This document shows, piece by piece, positions 17,741 to 28,362 of a stretch of DNA of 64,000 bases. Source of the stretch: an uncultured Chloroflexia bacterium (lineage in GTDB: Bacteria > Chloroflexota > Limnocylindria > Limnocylindrales > CSP1-4); contig CAVTKZ010000004.1 in NCBI GenBank assembly GCA_963735455.1, forward strand, positions 43,587-107,586, given 5' to 3'. Numbering within the stretch: the first letter of the stretch is position 1; every line of letters starts with the position of its first letter. Made by a program: the position numbers and the translations under genes. Below the pieces are notes generated by a model. That model was not told where the DNA came from and did not search any database. It was given only the letters and a program-made list of their open reading frames with translations.

Positions 17741-19699
17741 TCAGGCCGCGGCGGCGCTGTGCCAGACGGGGTCGCTGTCGAGGGGCTTCTTCTCGCCGGC
17801 GCTGTGGGGCGGCACCGGTGGATGGAAGAGGGCGACCGCCAGCCGGGCGATCTCGTGCTCCTGGCCGGGCTCGAACTCGAGGCCCAGGTCCCAGCCGCCG
17901 CCCGCCACGGCCGTCTGCCGGCGGAGAACGCATGAGAACTCGACCTCGGTCCCGTCGAGGTCGAGCGACAGCCAGACCGAGCCGGGGTCGGCGGCGACCG
18001 GGGTCGGCACGATCACCCGGGCGCCGGTCACCGACAAGTCGCGGATCTCGCACGGCGCCCCGAGCAACCGGCCCACCACCTCGACTGGCAGACGGGTGCT
18101 CGCGCGCCGGTTGGCCGAGAACTTGCTCGAGCGGATCCGGCCGATCGCGGCCAACAGCAGGCCCAGGTTGGCGGCGATGAAGAATGCCGAGCCGATTGCC
18201 GCCCAGGGCACGCTGTAGTGGATCGGGCTCAGGCCGAAGACCGAGGCGGTGAAGACCACCAGGGCAAAGGCACAGACCACGGTCAGCCCGGTGAGCAGGC
18301 GGGGGACCTCGGCCCGGGTCCGCCCAGGGCCGCCCCCAGCGCCGCGGTCGTGGCGGCCCTTGGGTGTCACCTGGAAGCGGCTGTCGCGGCGCGGGGCGAA
18401 GATCGCCAGGGTGGCCGGCAGCACGGCCGGCATCCGGAGGACCTCGAACAGGACCGACAGGATCGGCGGGTAGTGGCCCCGGGCGAGCAAGCGGAAGGCG
18501 ACAAACTGGAGGCCCAGGGTGAGCACGAAGAACGGCGCGAAGATCACGCCCGGGGCGTTGATCGGGACCGCACCGGTCAGGACCACCGCGACCGGGATCA
18601 GCATGTACGACAGGGTTCGCCATGAGTCGAACCAGCCGAAGAGGGTGGTCAGGAACGACAGCCGCTGGCCGGCGTTGAGGCCCGGCCCGAAGAGCGGGTT
18701 CTCGCGGCGCAGGACCTGCATCGCGCCCTTCGCCCAGCGGTTGCGCTGGAGGAGGTAGGCCCGGGCATCGTCGGGCGCAAGGCCGCGGGCCAGGACCTCG
18801 TTGTGGTAGACCCCGGTCCAGCCGGCCCGATACATCCGGATCGTGGTGTGGATGTCCTCGGTCACGCTGTCGATGCTGACCCCGCCCACCGAGCGCAGGG
18901 CGCTGGTCCGGACGAGAGCGCACGTCCCGCACCAGAAGGGCGCCGACCAGCGGGTCTTGGCCGGCGCGATCACCCGGTAGAAGACGGCCTCCTCGTTGAA
19001 CGTCCGGCCGTTCGACTGGCGCTCGTGCTCAAACGACTCGAGGTTGTAGAAGTCCTGGGGGGTCTGGACGAAGGCCAGCCGGTCGTCGTCGAAGTAGGGC
19101 AGGGTGGCCGTCAGGAAGCGGGCCGTCGGGATGTGGTCCGCGTCGAGCACGGCAATGATGTCGACCTCGATCCGGTCGAGGGCGTAGTTCAGGTTGCCGG
19201 CCTTCGCGTTGCGGTTGTCCGGGCGGGCCAGGTAGCGCGCACCCAGCTCCTCGGCGAGGACGCGGACCCCGTCCCGCCGGCCGTCGTCGAGGACCCACGT
19301 CTCATGGGCCGGCTCGAGGGCGACCGCGGCGGCAATCGTCGGCAGGAGGATCTCGGTCGGCTCGTTGAAGGTCGGGATCAGGACCGCCACCTTCCAGCGC
19401 TCCAGGTCGTGGGCGATCGGCGGGGTCTCGGGATCCAGGTTCCACAGGGCGACCGTGTACAAGACCAGGCCCAGCGCGTTGTGGAGCTCGACCACGAACA
19501 TCGGGATCGCCACCCACCACCAGGCCAGATCGATCGTGCCGGTCAGCCGCCAGCCGAGGTAAAGCGCCGTGACAACGATCGCGGCGAGGGCCCAGCCACG
19601 CACGAGGAGCTTCTTGCCGGCCGTCTCGGGCATCGGCAGCGAGCCGTCCGGGAAGCTGCGGACGGCCGCATCGCTGCGCAAGTGGGCGGTGGTGGCCAT
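17741..19699 (-). CDS. processive family-2 glycosyltransferase with a C-terminal PilZ domain (BcsA-like, c-di-GMP-gated beta-glycan synthase)
   Basis: GT2 motifs: LDADH, QTPQDF, TEDIHTT, QRNRWAKG (QxxRW). Multiple TM helices. PilZ motifs: RRASTRL and DLSVTGARV. Confidence 0.85.
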   Translation of the reverse strand: MATTAHLRSDAAVRSFPDGSLPMPETAGKKLLVRGWALAAIVVTALYLGWRLTGTIDLAWWWVAIPMFVVELHNALGLVLYTVALWNLDPETPPIAHDLERWKVAVLIPTFNEPTEILLPTIAAAVALEPAHETWVLDDGRRDGVRVLAEELGARYLARPDNRNAKAGNLNYALDRIEVDIIAVLDADHIPTARFLTATLPYFDDDRLAFVQTPQDFYNLESFEHERQSNGRTFNEEAVFYRVIAPAKTRWSAPFWCGTCALVRTSALRSVGGVSIDSVTEDIHTTIRMYRAGWTGVYHNEVLARGLAPDDARAYLLQRNRWAKGAMQVLRRENPLFGPGLNAGQRLSFLTTLFGWFDSWRTLSYMLIPVAVVLTGAVPINAPGVIFAPFFVLTLGLQFVAFRLLARGHYPPILSVLFEVLRMPAVLPATLAIFAPRRDSRFQVTPKGRHDRGAGGGPGRTRAEVPRLLTGLTVVCAFALVVFTASVFGLSPIHYSVPWAAIGSAFFIAANLGLLLAAIGRIRSSKFSANRRASTRLPVEVVGRLLGAPCEIRDLSVTGARVIVPTPVAADPGSVWLSLDLDGTEVEFSCVLRRQTAVAGGGWDLGLEFEPGQEHEIARLAVALFHPPVPPHSAGEKKPLDSDPVWHSAAAA

Positions 19700-19879
19700 G
19701 GCCGCGACATGCTGGGCGCGATCCTAACCGCACCGAAATCCAGCGAATGTCCCCGGTCCAGATCGCCAATGGTCCGCGGTCGGGCTTCTCTGGAGATGGT
19801 CCTGTCGAGCGACCGGCGCGGTGCGATCGTCCCGAGCCACCCGTAGCCCCGTGGGATTCCTTGCACTACGCTACGGGCC

Positions 19880-22800
19880 GTGATCTGCCCGAACTGCGCC
19901 ACCGAGAACAAGCCGGGTCGCAAGTTCTGCGTGGCCTGCGCCACGCCGCTGGCGACGGCCTGCCCGAATTGCGGCGCGGCGTTCGATCCGGGCGACGTCT
20001 TCTGCGGCGAGTGCGGCACGCCGCTCGGTGGCGGCCAGCCGGCGGCGCGGACCGCGGCCTCGGGATTCGGGGTCGGACCCGCGAGCGCAACCCGCGGCAC
20101 GAGTGGCGGTGCGAGTGGCAGCCCGGCGCCGGCGCCCGGAACGCCGGCTGCGCTCGCCGAGCGCCGTCTCGTCACCGTCCTCTTCGCCGATCTCGTCGGA
20201 TTTACGCCCTTCGCCGAGGAGCGTGACGCCGAGGAGGTGCGCGACACTCTGACCCGCTACTTCGAGCTCGCCTCGGACGTGATCGGCCGCTACGGCGGGA
20301 CCGTCGAGAAGTTCATCGGCGACGCGGTGATGGCCGTCTGGGGCGCGCCAACGGCTCGCGAGGACGACGCCGAGCGTGCCGTCCGGGCCGCACTCGACCT
20401 GGTCGATGTCGTGAAGGGGCTCGGCCCGACGATCCAGGCCCGGGCCGGCGTGCTGACCGGTGAGGCCGCGGTGACCCTCGGCGCGACGAACCAGGGGATG
20501 GTCGCCGGCGACCTCGTCAACACCGCGGCCCGCCTCCAAAGCGTGGCCCAGCCTGGAACCGTCCTGGTCGGCGAGCCAACGATGCGCGCCGCGAGCGCGG
20601 CAATCGCCTTCGAGGAAGCTGGCGAGCAGGTGCTCAAGGGCAAGCAGGCGCCGGTCGCGGCGTATCGGGCCCTGCGGGTCGTCAGCCAGCGTGGCGGCCA
20701 GGGCCGGTCGGACCTGCCCGAGCCGCCGTTCGTCGGCCGCGACGAGGAATTGCGCCTGCTCAAGGACCTGATCGCCACGACCGGCCGCGATCGCAAGACG
20801 CGCCTCGTCTCGATCACCGGGCCCGGCGGGATCGGCAAGAGCCGGCTCGCCTGGGAGCTCGAGAAGTACATCGACGGGATCAGCGAGACGATCTACTGGC
20901 ACCGTGGCCGCTCGCCGGCCTATGGCGAGGGGATCACCTTCTGGGCGCTGGGCGAGATGGTCCGCCGCCGGGCGCGGCTGGCCGAGACCGACGACGAGGC
21001 GGCCACCCGCGACCGGATCCGGTCGACCGTCGCCGATTTCGTGCCTGACGAGGAGGACCGGCGCTGGGTGGAGCCGGCACTCCTGACCCTCCTCGGTCTC
21101 GAGCCGGCGCCGGCCGGTGGCCGCGACGTCCTGTTCGCCGCCTGGCGGATCTTCTTCGAGCGAATCGCCGAGCGAGGCACCACGGTCCTGCTCTTCGAGG
21201 ACCTCCAGTGGGCCGACACCGGCCTGCTCGACTTCATCGAGCAGCTCCTGGAATGGTCGAAGAACGTGCCCCTGATCGTGGTCACGCTCGCGCGGCCGGA
21301 GCTGTTCGACCGGCGGCCCGACTGGGGCAGCGCCACGCGCAACCTGACCCGGCTCGCCCTCGAGCCGCTCGACGACGGGGCCATGCGCCGGCTGCTCGAC
21401 GGCTTCGTGCCCGGCCTGCCCGACGACGCGATCGCGGCGATCCTCGGCCCGCGCCGACGGGATGCCGCTGTACGCCGTGGAGACGGTCCGTTCGCTCGTC
21501 GCCGACGGGCGCCTTGAACGCGACGGCGACGCCTACCGACCAGTCGGCGAGCTCGGCACGCTGGCGATCCCGGACACGCTCCGGTCGCTGATCGCCAGCC
21601 GGCTCGATGCCCTCGACCCCGCCGATCGGAGCCTGGTCGCCGATGCATCGGTGCTCGGGCAGGCGTTCGTGGTGACCGGCCTGGCCGCGGTCAGCGGGCA
21701 GACCGCCGAGGCGCTCGAGCCACGGCTCAAGGGCCTCGTCCGGCGCGAGCTGTTCGATGTCGAGATCGATCCGCGCAGCCCCGAGCGCGGCCAGTACCAC
21801 TTCGTCCAGTCGCTGATCCGCGAGGTCGCCTACGGCACCCTGGCCAAGCGGGAGCGGCGAACCCGGCACCTCGCCGCCGCCCGCTACTTCGAGGCCCTCG
21901 GCGAGGACGAGCTGGCCGGCGCGCTGGCCTCGCACTATCTCGCCGCCCACGAGGCGTCGGCCGAAGGCGCCGAGGCAGACGCCGTCGCGATCCAGGCCCG
22001 GCTGGCACTGTCCGGCGCGGCCGAGCGAGCCGCGACCCTGGGCAGCCTCGACCAGGCCGTGGCGTATCTCAACCAGGCGATCGCGATCACCGCCGATCCC
22101 GGCGAGCGTGCCGCGCTCTTTCTGCGGGCGGCCCGCTCGGCCAACGACGCGGCCTTGCACGAGCAGGCCGAACACCTCATTCGGGCCGCCATCGACCTGG
22201 CCCGCTCGAACGGCGATCTCCAGACGACCGGCGAGGCCGAGGCGCTCCATGGCGACATCCTCATCGACTGGGGCCGGACCTCCGAGGCCGCTGAGGTCCT
22301 CGAGGCGGCCTTGGCGGCGTTCCCGGAATCGGGTACCGGCGAGGTCAGGGCGACGCTCCTCGCCAGCCTGTCGCGCGCCTATATGCGGACGGGCCGACCG
22401 GCCCAGGCGGTGGCGACTGCCGACCTGGCCCTCGACCTCGCCGAGCACTTGGACCTGGACCGGATCATCGCCGAGACGTTCAACAACAAGGGCTCAGCGT
22501 TGGGCTACCTCGGCCGCCGACGGGAGGCCCTGGTCCTGTTGAAGGCGTCAATCGAGGCCGCCCACGCCGGCGGCTTTGTCGCCGCCGAGACCCGGGCGAT
22601 GAGCAACTTCGGTGCGCAGTCGGAGGACGTTCGCACGAGCGCTGAGATGTACCGGGCCGCCACAGAGCTGGCCCGCCGGGTTGGCAACCGGAACATGGCC
22701 AACTGGGCATTGGTGGCGAGCCGCTACGGCAACCTGATGCTCGCCGAAGGCTGGGACGAGGTGATCGAGGAGAGCCAGGACGAGCATGCGGACGACCAGG

Positions 22801-23483
22801 ACAGTCCCCAGGACGTGATGCGCCGGCTGTCCGTGCTCACCTTCTTTCTGGCTCCACGCGGCGATTCCCTCGAGGCGCTCATCGACCGGATGGCCGAGCT
22901 CGTCGACCAGGTGTCCGACAAGGCGGCGCCGGCGATCCTGCACTTTGCGCGCTCCCAACAGGCCCTGCGCGCAGGCGACTATGAGCAGGCGATCGACGAG
23001 GGGCTCCTCGCCGCGGAGGATTCAGCGCTCCGCCGGATCTACCTGAGCACCTCGATGCGCCCGGCCTTGTGGGGTCGAGACCTGGCCCGCGGGCGCGAGA
23101 TCGCGAGCTTGCTCGATGCGGATCCGGCGACTGGGATCGACGTCACTGCCAGCCGGGCAGCAGCGCACGCCGGGATCGCCGCGCTCGAAGGTCGGACCGA
23201 CGAGGCGGTCAACGGCTTTCGCCAAGCGTTCGCGGGCTTCCGTACGATGGGCGCTACGTACCTGCTGGCGTCCTACCAACTCGACATGGTCGTCGTCCTG
23301 GGGCCGGATCATCCGGCTGCTCGCGAGGCGGCCGCGGAGGCCCGGCCGATCCTCGAGCGAATCAAGGCGCGGTTCTGGCTGGAGATCCTCGACGCAGCAC
23401 TCGCCTCCGGCCCCGTACCAACGGCGGCGCCGCCTCTTGCGCCGAAGCCTGACCCGCGCCCGCTCGAGGCGCCACGGGCTTAA
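19880..23483 (+). CDS. double zinc-ribbon / class III adenylate-guanylate cyclase / STAND-type AAA ATPase / TPR-like protein (paralog 1), split by a 1-nt insertion near 21446-21447 (fragments 19880..21517 and 21462..23483)
   Basis: Zinc ribbons: CPNCATENKPGRKFCVAC...CPNCGAAFDPGDVFCGEC. Cyclase core: RRLVTVLFADLVGFT...GGTVEKFIGDAVMAVWGAP. P-loop: GPGGIGKSRL. Deleting one G restores ...AAILARADGMPLYAVETVRSL. Confidence 0.85.
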
Positions 23484-24145
23484 TCGGCCGGTTCGAGGAG
23501 CTCGTGCCGGAGTGCCGCGCCAAGCCACTTGGTGTAGCGCTCGGGTGACCAGCCCCGGATCTTGACGAGCATATGAAACAGGCCAGGATCGACCAGGACC
23601 CAGACGAGGTCGGCGGCTGCCTCGGGGTCGAGCCCGGGCCGGAGGGTCCCCTTTGACGCGGCGTCTGCGACGACGTGCGCCGCACCGATCCGACGCTCGC
23701 CCTGGATCTTGTCCCAGACGGGACGAAGATCGGGATCGGCCGACGCCGCTCCCCGGATTGCCTCGTAGATCGCGGCGACCCGACCGCCGAGCTCGACGAT
23801 CAGCCCGGCATACCGTTCGAGATAGCGGCGCGGATCAGGCTCGGCGCGGATGGCGATCGACTGCGGCCGGAGCGGCAGGGGAATGTCAACGTCGTCGCCG
23901 ACGAGCGCAACGTCATACGCCGTTTTGAGCAGGGCCGCCTTGCTGCCACAGGCCGTGAACACGGTCGCCCGGCTGACCCCCGCCTCCTCCGCGATGGCCT
24001 CGATCGACGTCGCGCCATAGCCGTCGCGCACGAAGAGGAGCGTCGCTGCGTCGATGATCGCCCGCCGGGTTTGGCCGGCCTGGGCCGAACGCAAGGGCGA
24101 TCGATACCTGCGCTTGACAGCCGGTTCGTCGTTGAGCATACTCAC
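23480..24145 (-). CDS. TetR-family transcriptional regulator
   Basis: N-terminal HTH (TRRAIIDAATLLFVRDGYGATSIEAIAEEAGVSRATVF). It is divergent from the SnoaL/NmrA pair. Confidence 0.85.
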   Translation of the reverse strand: MSMLNDEPAVKRRYRSPLRSAQAGQTRRAIIDAATLLFVRDGYGATSIEAIAEEAGVSRATVFTACGSKAALLKTAYDVALVGDDVDIPLPLRPQSIAIRAEPDPRRYLERYAGLIVELGGRVAAIYEAIRGAASADPDLRPVWDKIQGERRIGAAHVVADAASKGTLRPGLDPEAAADLVWVLVDPGLFHMLVKIRGWSPERYTKWLGAALRHELLEPAD

Positions 24146-24177
24146 AGTATAGTCAATCAGTGGACAGTCTAGTCAAC
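24145..24177. promoter_or_regulatory. candidate TetR operator: 13-bp direct repeat CAGT[A/C]TAGTCAA[T/C] x2
   Basis: Copies lie at 24145-24157 and 24165-24177, 20 bp centre to centre. They sit in the 65-bp AT-richer divergent region between the TetR gene and the SnoaL gene. Confidence 0.35.
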
Positions 24178-24210
24178 CGAGCCAAGTCACCACCAAGGAG
24201 CCCAACGATC

Positions 24211-24672
24211 ATGATCGCCGAACCGGGAACCGTCAGCGACGCCAGTGCAGTCGTCCATCGACTCCAGCTCGCGACCAATGCGCACGACCTGGACGCGGTC
24301 GTGGCCTGTTTCGCGGCTGATTATCTCAGTGAGATCCCGGCGCACCCGGCGCGGACCTTCCGGGGCAGCGAGCAGGTTCGCCGCAATTGGGCCCAGATCC
24401 TCGGCGGCGTGCCCGACCTCCACTCGGAGCTCATTCGAGAAGCTGTCGACGGCAATGTGGTCTGGGCGGAATGGGAGTGGAGCGGAACCCGTCGGGATGG
24501 CGCGCCGCACCTGATGCGGGGCACGACGATCCTGGGCATCGAGGATGGCAGCATCGGCTGGGCCCGGTTCTACATGGAACCCGTGGTCGACGATGGCGGG
24601 CCGGTCGGACGGGCCGTTGCCGCGACGCTGGGCGCCGGCGCGCCGATCGAGCCTGCGAGCTCGGTCCGATGA
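24211..24672 (+). CDS. SnoaL-like / NTF2-fold protein
   Basis: ATG 24211 is preceded by AAGGAG. The pattern HDLDAVVACFAADY...W..I....PD...E......G..V..EW.W.G is typical of SnoaL-like polyketide-cyclase-fold proteins. Confidence 0.7.
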   Translation: MIAEPGTVSDASAVVHRLQLATNAHDLDAVVACFAADYLSEIPAHPARTFRGSEQVRRNWAQILGGVPDLHSELIREAVDGNVVWAEWEWSGTRRDGAPHLMRGTTILGIEDGSIGWARFYMEPVVDDGGPVGRAVAATLGAGAPIEPASSVR

Positions 24673-25574
24673 TCGCAGTGATTGGCGCTTCCGGCACCCT
24701 CGGGCCACTCCTCGTCCCGCTTCTCGTCGGCCGGGGCGAGCCCGTTCGCGTCGTGACGCGCGACCCGGATGGCGCTGCGGCGCGCCTCGCAGGCGTCGAG
24801 CTCATGACCGGCGACGTGACCAGGGTCGATGACGCGCGCCGGGCCGTCGAAGGTGCCCGCGTCGTCGTGTCGGCGATCACCGGCTTCGGCTCGCCGAGCG
24901 GTGTCGTGGCAGTGGACCAGGACGGCAACCGAACCCTGGCCAAGGCAGCAGCCGATGCCGGTGTCGAGCACTACGTGCTGCTCTCGGTCTGCGGTGCATC
25001 CGCCGTCCATCCCATCCCACTGTTCCGAGCCAAGCACGCGGCCGAAGAGGCCGTCCGGGCGAGCGGCCTCAGCTGGACGATCATTCGACCCTCGGCCTAC
25101 CTCGAGACGTGGCTCGGGATCATTGGTGGACCGCTCCTCGCGACCGGCAAGACGCTGGTCTTCGGTCGAGGCGAAAACCTGATCAACTTCGTGTCGGCGG
25201 TCGATGTGGCCCGCTTCGTCGATCTGGCGATCAGCGACCCGACGATGCGCGGACGCGTCGTCGATGCCGTCGGCCCGGCCAACCTGACCCTGAATCAGCT
25301 CGTCGAGGAGGTGGAGCGGGCGTCCGGTCGGACCGGCCGTATCTCGCACTTCCCGCGGCCCGCGATGCGCCTGCTGTCGGTTGTCCTCCGGCCGATCAAT
25401 CGGATGCGAGCGGGCCAGGTCCAGGCGGCGCTCGTCATGGACACCAGGGAGATGACCCTCGACACCAGTGCGGCCCTCCCAGCCGATCCGGCGACCCCGC
25501 TCAGCACCGTCGCCGACGTCGCGGCCCGCATGTTCGGCCACGCCGCTCTGCCATTGGTGGCTCAGCCGGCCTAG
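24669..25574 (+). CDS. NmrA-like / atypical SDR NAD(P)-binding oxidoreductase
   Basis: ATGA overlap with the upstream gene. Rossmann motif VIGASGTLG, plus WTIIRPSAY. Confidence 0.8.
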   Translation: MIAVIGASGTLGPLLVPLLVGRGEPVRVVTRDPDGAAARLAGVELMTGDVTRVDDARRAVEGARVVVSAITGFGSPSGVVAVDQDGNRTLAKAAADAGVEHYVLLSVCGASAVHPIPLFRAKHAAEEAVRASGLSWTIIRPSAYLETWLGIIGGPLLATGKTLVFGRGENLINFVSAVDVARFVDLAISDPTMRGRVVDAVGPANLTLNQLVEEVERASGRTGRISHFPRPAMRLLSVVLRPINRMRAGQVQAALVMDTREMTLDTSAALPADPATPLSTVADVAARMFGHAALPLVAQPA

Positions 25575-26491
25575 GCTTTCAACGCCTCGACGATCGGGGC
25601 GAGCTGGTCGATGGCCCGTGACGTCATCGAGGGGAACGGGCCGGTGTCATCCGGATCGCCCGTGAAGAACGTGACGTGACGCAGGCCCGCGACGCGCATC
25701 TCCTGGAGCTTGGCGATCACCTCGACATCGTCGCCGGCCAGTGAATCCGGGCGGGTGTCGGCGGCCGACTTGTCCAGCTCGAGTCGGACGCAGGTGGTCA
25801 GGGGCAGGGTCGTCGGGTCGCGGCCAACCAGCTCGCAGGCCTCGGCAACCGCGGCCATCGCGTCGCGGACCGAATTGGCGCCGGTCAGGTTCTCGCTCCA
25901 GTTGACGGCATCGGCCCAGCGGGCGGCGACACCAAGCGTCCTCGGCCGGCCGGCGGCGATCCAGAGCGGCGGCCCGCCCGGCCGCGGGCCCTGCGGCTTG
26001 GGCTTCGCTCCGGCCAGGTGGAAGAACTGGCCGTCGAAGGTGAGCGGCGCATCCTCGCGCAGGAGCCGGGCGGTGATCTCGACCGCCTCGACGAAGCGGC
26101 CGACGTGCTTGTGGCTGTCGTAGCCGAGCTGGGCCCAGCGGTGATCGGTCGGGCCGACCCCGGCGCCGAGGCCCAGGATCAGTCGGCCGCCGCTGACCTC
26201 GTCGAACGACTCGGCCATCGAGGCGACCAGCGCCGGCGAGCGATAGCCGGCGCACAGGACGAGCGGCCCGAGCTCGACCCGGGAGGTTGCCTCAGCCAGC
26301 GCCGGCAGGATCGACCACGGCTCCCAGAAGCCAGGTTCGTCGGCGACCCAGATCGTGTCGACGCCGATCTGCTCCAGGCCGATCCCCAGCTCGCGCATCT
26401 CTGCCCAGCGCGGGCCGGGCTTGCCGGGCGGACCCCAGGTGGTGACGTAGGCGCCGATCCCGAGGCGATCGTCAGGCAGGGAGCTGGTCAT
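25571..26491 (-). CDS. luciferase-like monooxygenase family (LLM class, probably F420-dependent) oxidoreductase
   Basis: TIM-barrel LLM pattern: VDTIWVADE, LGPLVLCAGYRSPALVA, SGGRLILGLGAG, and a C-terminal FTGDP... Confidence 0.8.
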   Translation of the reverse strand: MTSSLPDDRLGIGAYVTTWGPPGKPGPRWAEMRELGIGLEQIGVDTIWVADEPGFWEPWSILPALAEATSRVELGPLVLCAGYRSPALVASMAESFDEVSGGRLILGLGAGVGPTDHRWAQLGYDSHKHVGRFVEAVEITARLLREDAPLTFDGQFFHLAGAKPKPQGPRPGGPPLWIAAGRPRTLGVAARWADAVNWSENLTGANSVRDAMAAVAEACELVGRDPTTLPLTTCVRLELDKSAADTRPDSLAGDDVEVIAKLQEMRVAGLRHVTFFTGDPDDTGPFPSMTSRAIDQLAPIVEALKA

Positions 26492-26580
26492 CGGCGGGAT
26501 TGTACGGGCCCCGGGTCAGGGACGGCGACATGACGAATTGTCATGACGCGTTGGTGCCAGGGTGCAACGCTTCTTGAACC

Positions 26581-27768
26581 TTGCGAGGGCCGCCGAGCAG
26601 CTCGACCAAGGGTGGGTGTAGCGACCCCCGGGGTGGACCGTTGAAGAGCGTCGTACAAGCAAGCGGAAGACGGCCGCCGGCAGCCGGTTCGAAGGTCAAG
26701 CAGCGCGCGGCTGGCGATCACCGGGCTGTGCTCCGCCGGGATGCTGCGATCGCCGACCTTGAGCAGTCGGCGGCCGAGACCGACCAGACCCTGGCCGATG
26801 CCGACGAGGCCGCCTCCGGCACGGATCAAGCCGCGGCCGATCGGGACCAGCGCGTTTCGGACCAGGATCAGGCGGTTGCGGACCGCGACCACGCCACGCA
26901 CCCTCACCAGGGCCAGGCGGCGGAGAGCCTCTACATCACGTCCCGCAACGAACGGGCGACGGGCACGTTCGAGCGCCACTGGAACCGGCTGATGCGGGGC
27001 AGCACGGCCGATGCCCGCAACGTGACCGCAACTGATCGAGATCGGATCGCCTCGACCCGGGATGACGCGGCGCGGGCGCGCGACACCCGTTCCATGGAGG
27101 AGGCGCTGGTCTCGATCGACGCAAGGGCATCCCTGCTGAAGCAGCTCGACGACCTTCGGCTGAGGGCCGAGACCTATCGGGCGCGGGCGGCCGCCGATCG
27201 TGCTCGGGCAGCCAAGGACCGGGCCGATGCCGCTCGCGAACGGACCCGGCTCGAGGAGGAGCTCATCGCCGCTCACCTCGACGAGCTGACCGGCGCCTAC
27301 CGCCGGGAGATGGGTCGCTTGGCGCTCGCCCACGAGATCGCCCGGGCCAGGCGGTCCGGGGGCCACTTCGTGCTTGCGTTCGTCGATGTCGACGGGCTCA
27401 AGGTCGTGAACGACACGCAGGGCCACGGGGCCGGCGATCATGTCCTCCAGACCGTTGCCGACGCGATCCGGGCGAGGCTGCGCTCGTTCGACCCGGTCGT
27501 CCGCTACGGCGGCGACGAGTTCGTGTGCGGCCTCGGTGGGACCGACCTGGCCGACGCCAAGCGGCGCTTCGAGCTGATCGCGGCGAGCATCGAGAAGGAC
27601 CGTGGCGCCGGGATCAGCGTCGGCTTTGCCAACCTGGCCCCGGGCGACAGCGCGGATGACCTGATCGCGCGCGCCGATGCCGCGATGCTCGTCGTCAAGG
27701 CCCGCCATCACGCCAGTGCGAGCCGTCGCCTCCGGGCTACCAGCCCTGGGTCCCCGGCTCGCCCTTGA
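26581..27768 (+). CDS. GGDEF diguanylate cyclase with an N-terminal D/Q-rich coiled coil (start uncertain)
   Basis: Catalytic core: LDELTGAYRR...FVDVDGLKVVNDTQGHGAGDHVL...RYGGDEFVC. The N-terminus has repeated ADxDQ/DRDQ heptad-like units. Confidence 0.85.
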   Translation: MRGPPSSSTKGGCSDPRGGPLKSVVQASGRRPPAAGSKVKQRAAGDHRAVLRRDAAIADLEQSAAETDQTLADADEAASGTDQAAADRDQRVSDQDQAVADRDHATHPHQGQAAESLYITSRNERATGTFERHWNRLMRGSTADARNVTATDRDRIASTRDDAARARDTRSMEEALVSIDARASLLKQLDDLRLRAETYRARAAADRARAAKDRADAARERTRLEEELIAAHLDELTGAYRREMGRLALAHEIARARRSGGHFVLAFVDVDGLKVVNDTQGHGAGDHVLQTVADAIRARLRSFDPVVRYGGDEFVCGLGGTDLADAKRRFELIAASIEKDRGAGISVGFANLAPGDSADDLIARADAAMLVVKARHHASASRRLRATSPGSPARP

Positions 27769-28276
27769 ACGGGCCGACGACCTTCGAGGTGACCCAGCCG
27801 CCGTAGAAGCGGCCGGGCTGGGGCGTGGCCCGCTCGTCGCCGACCCAAGCCTCGTCGACGAGCCAGGCGTAGAAGGCGAGGTAATCGCGGATCGACTCGT
27901 AGCCGGCCATCGGCTGGGGGTAGGCCCAGCACGCGTTCGGGATCGTCCGGTCGGGCAGCACGATCGACCAGTACGAAGCCTCGCCCTTCCACTCGCAGAA
28001 TGTGTGGTGGGCCGAGGGCACGAGGAGGTCCATCCGGACGTCGGCCGGCGGCACGTAGTAGACCGGCGCGCCGGCCGTCTCGAGGACTCGCAGCGCCGCT
28101 GAGGAGTCGGCCAGCGGGTAGCCGTCGACCACGACCCGGATCCGCTCGGGCACCGGCTCGACCCGCGGCGGCCGGGGGTAATCCCAGACCGATTCCTGGC
28201 CAGGGCCCGGAATCGCCCGGACGGCGGGCGGCGGCACGGTTCCAGCCGTGACGCGAGGTCGATCCATCAGGAGCAT
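27737..28276 (-). CDS. DUF427-domain protein
   Basis: Met at 28276 or 28267. The motifs PVYYVPPADV, HTFCEWKGEASYWS and AWAYPQP are characteristic as I recall the family. The ORF-track 5' extension was dropped. Confidence 0.7.
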   Translation of the reverse strand: MLLMDRPRVTAGTVPPPAVRAIPGPGQESVWDYPRPPRVEPVPERIRVVVDGYPLADSSAALRVLETAGAPVYYVPPADVRMDLLVPSAHHTFCEWKGEASYWSIVLPDRTIPNACWAYPQPMAGYESIRDYLAFYAWLVDEAWVGDERATPQPGRFYGGWVTSKVVGPFKGEPGTQGW

Positions 28277-28322
28277 CGTACGCCGAGCTCGGTTGGACGA
28301 CCGCCGTCGATCCGCCGAGTCA

Positions 28323-28361
28323 GGTTGTCGCACGAATTCATCGGTTGTAGAATTCGATCGA
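28323..28361. promoter_or_regulatory. candidate operator upstream of the ABC exporter: GGTTGT-N-GAATTC repeated twice
   Basis: The sequence is GGTTGTCGCACGAATTCATCGGTTGTAGAATTCGATCGA. It is an AT-rich patch immediately 5' of ATG 28363. The arms TCGCACGAATTC and GAATTCGATCGA form an imperfect palindrome. Confidence 0.3.
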
Positions 28362-28362
28362 A

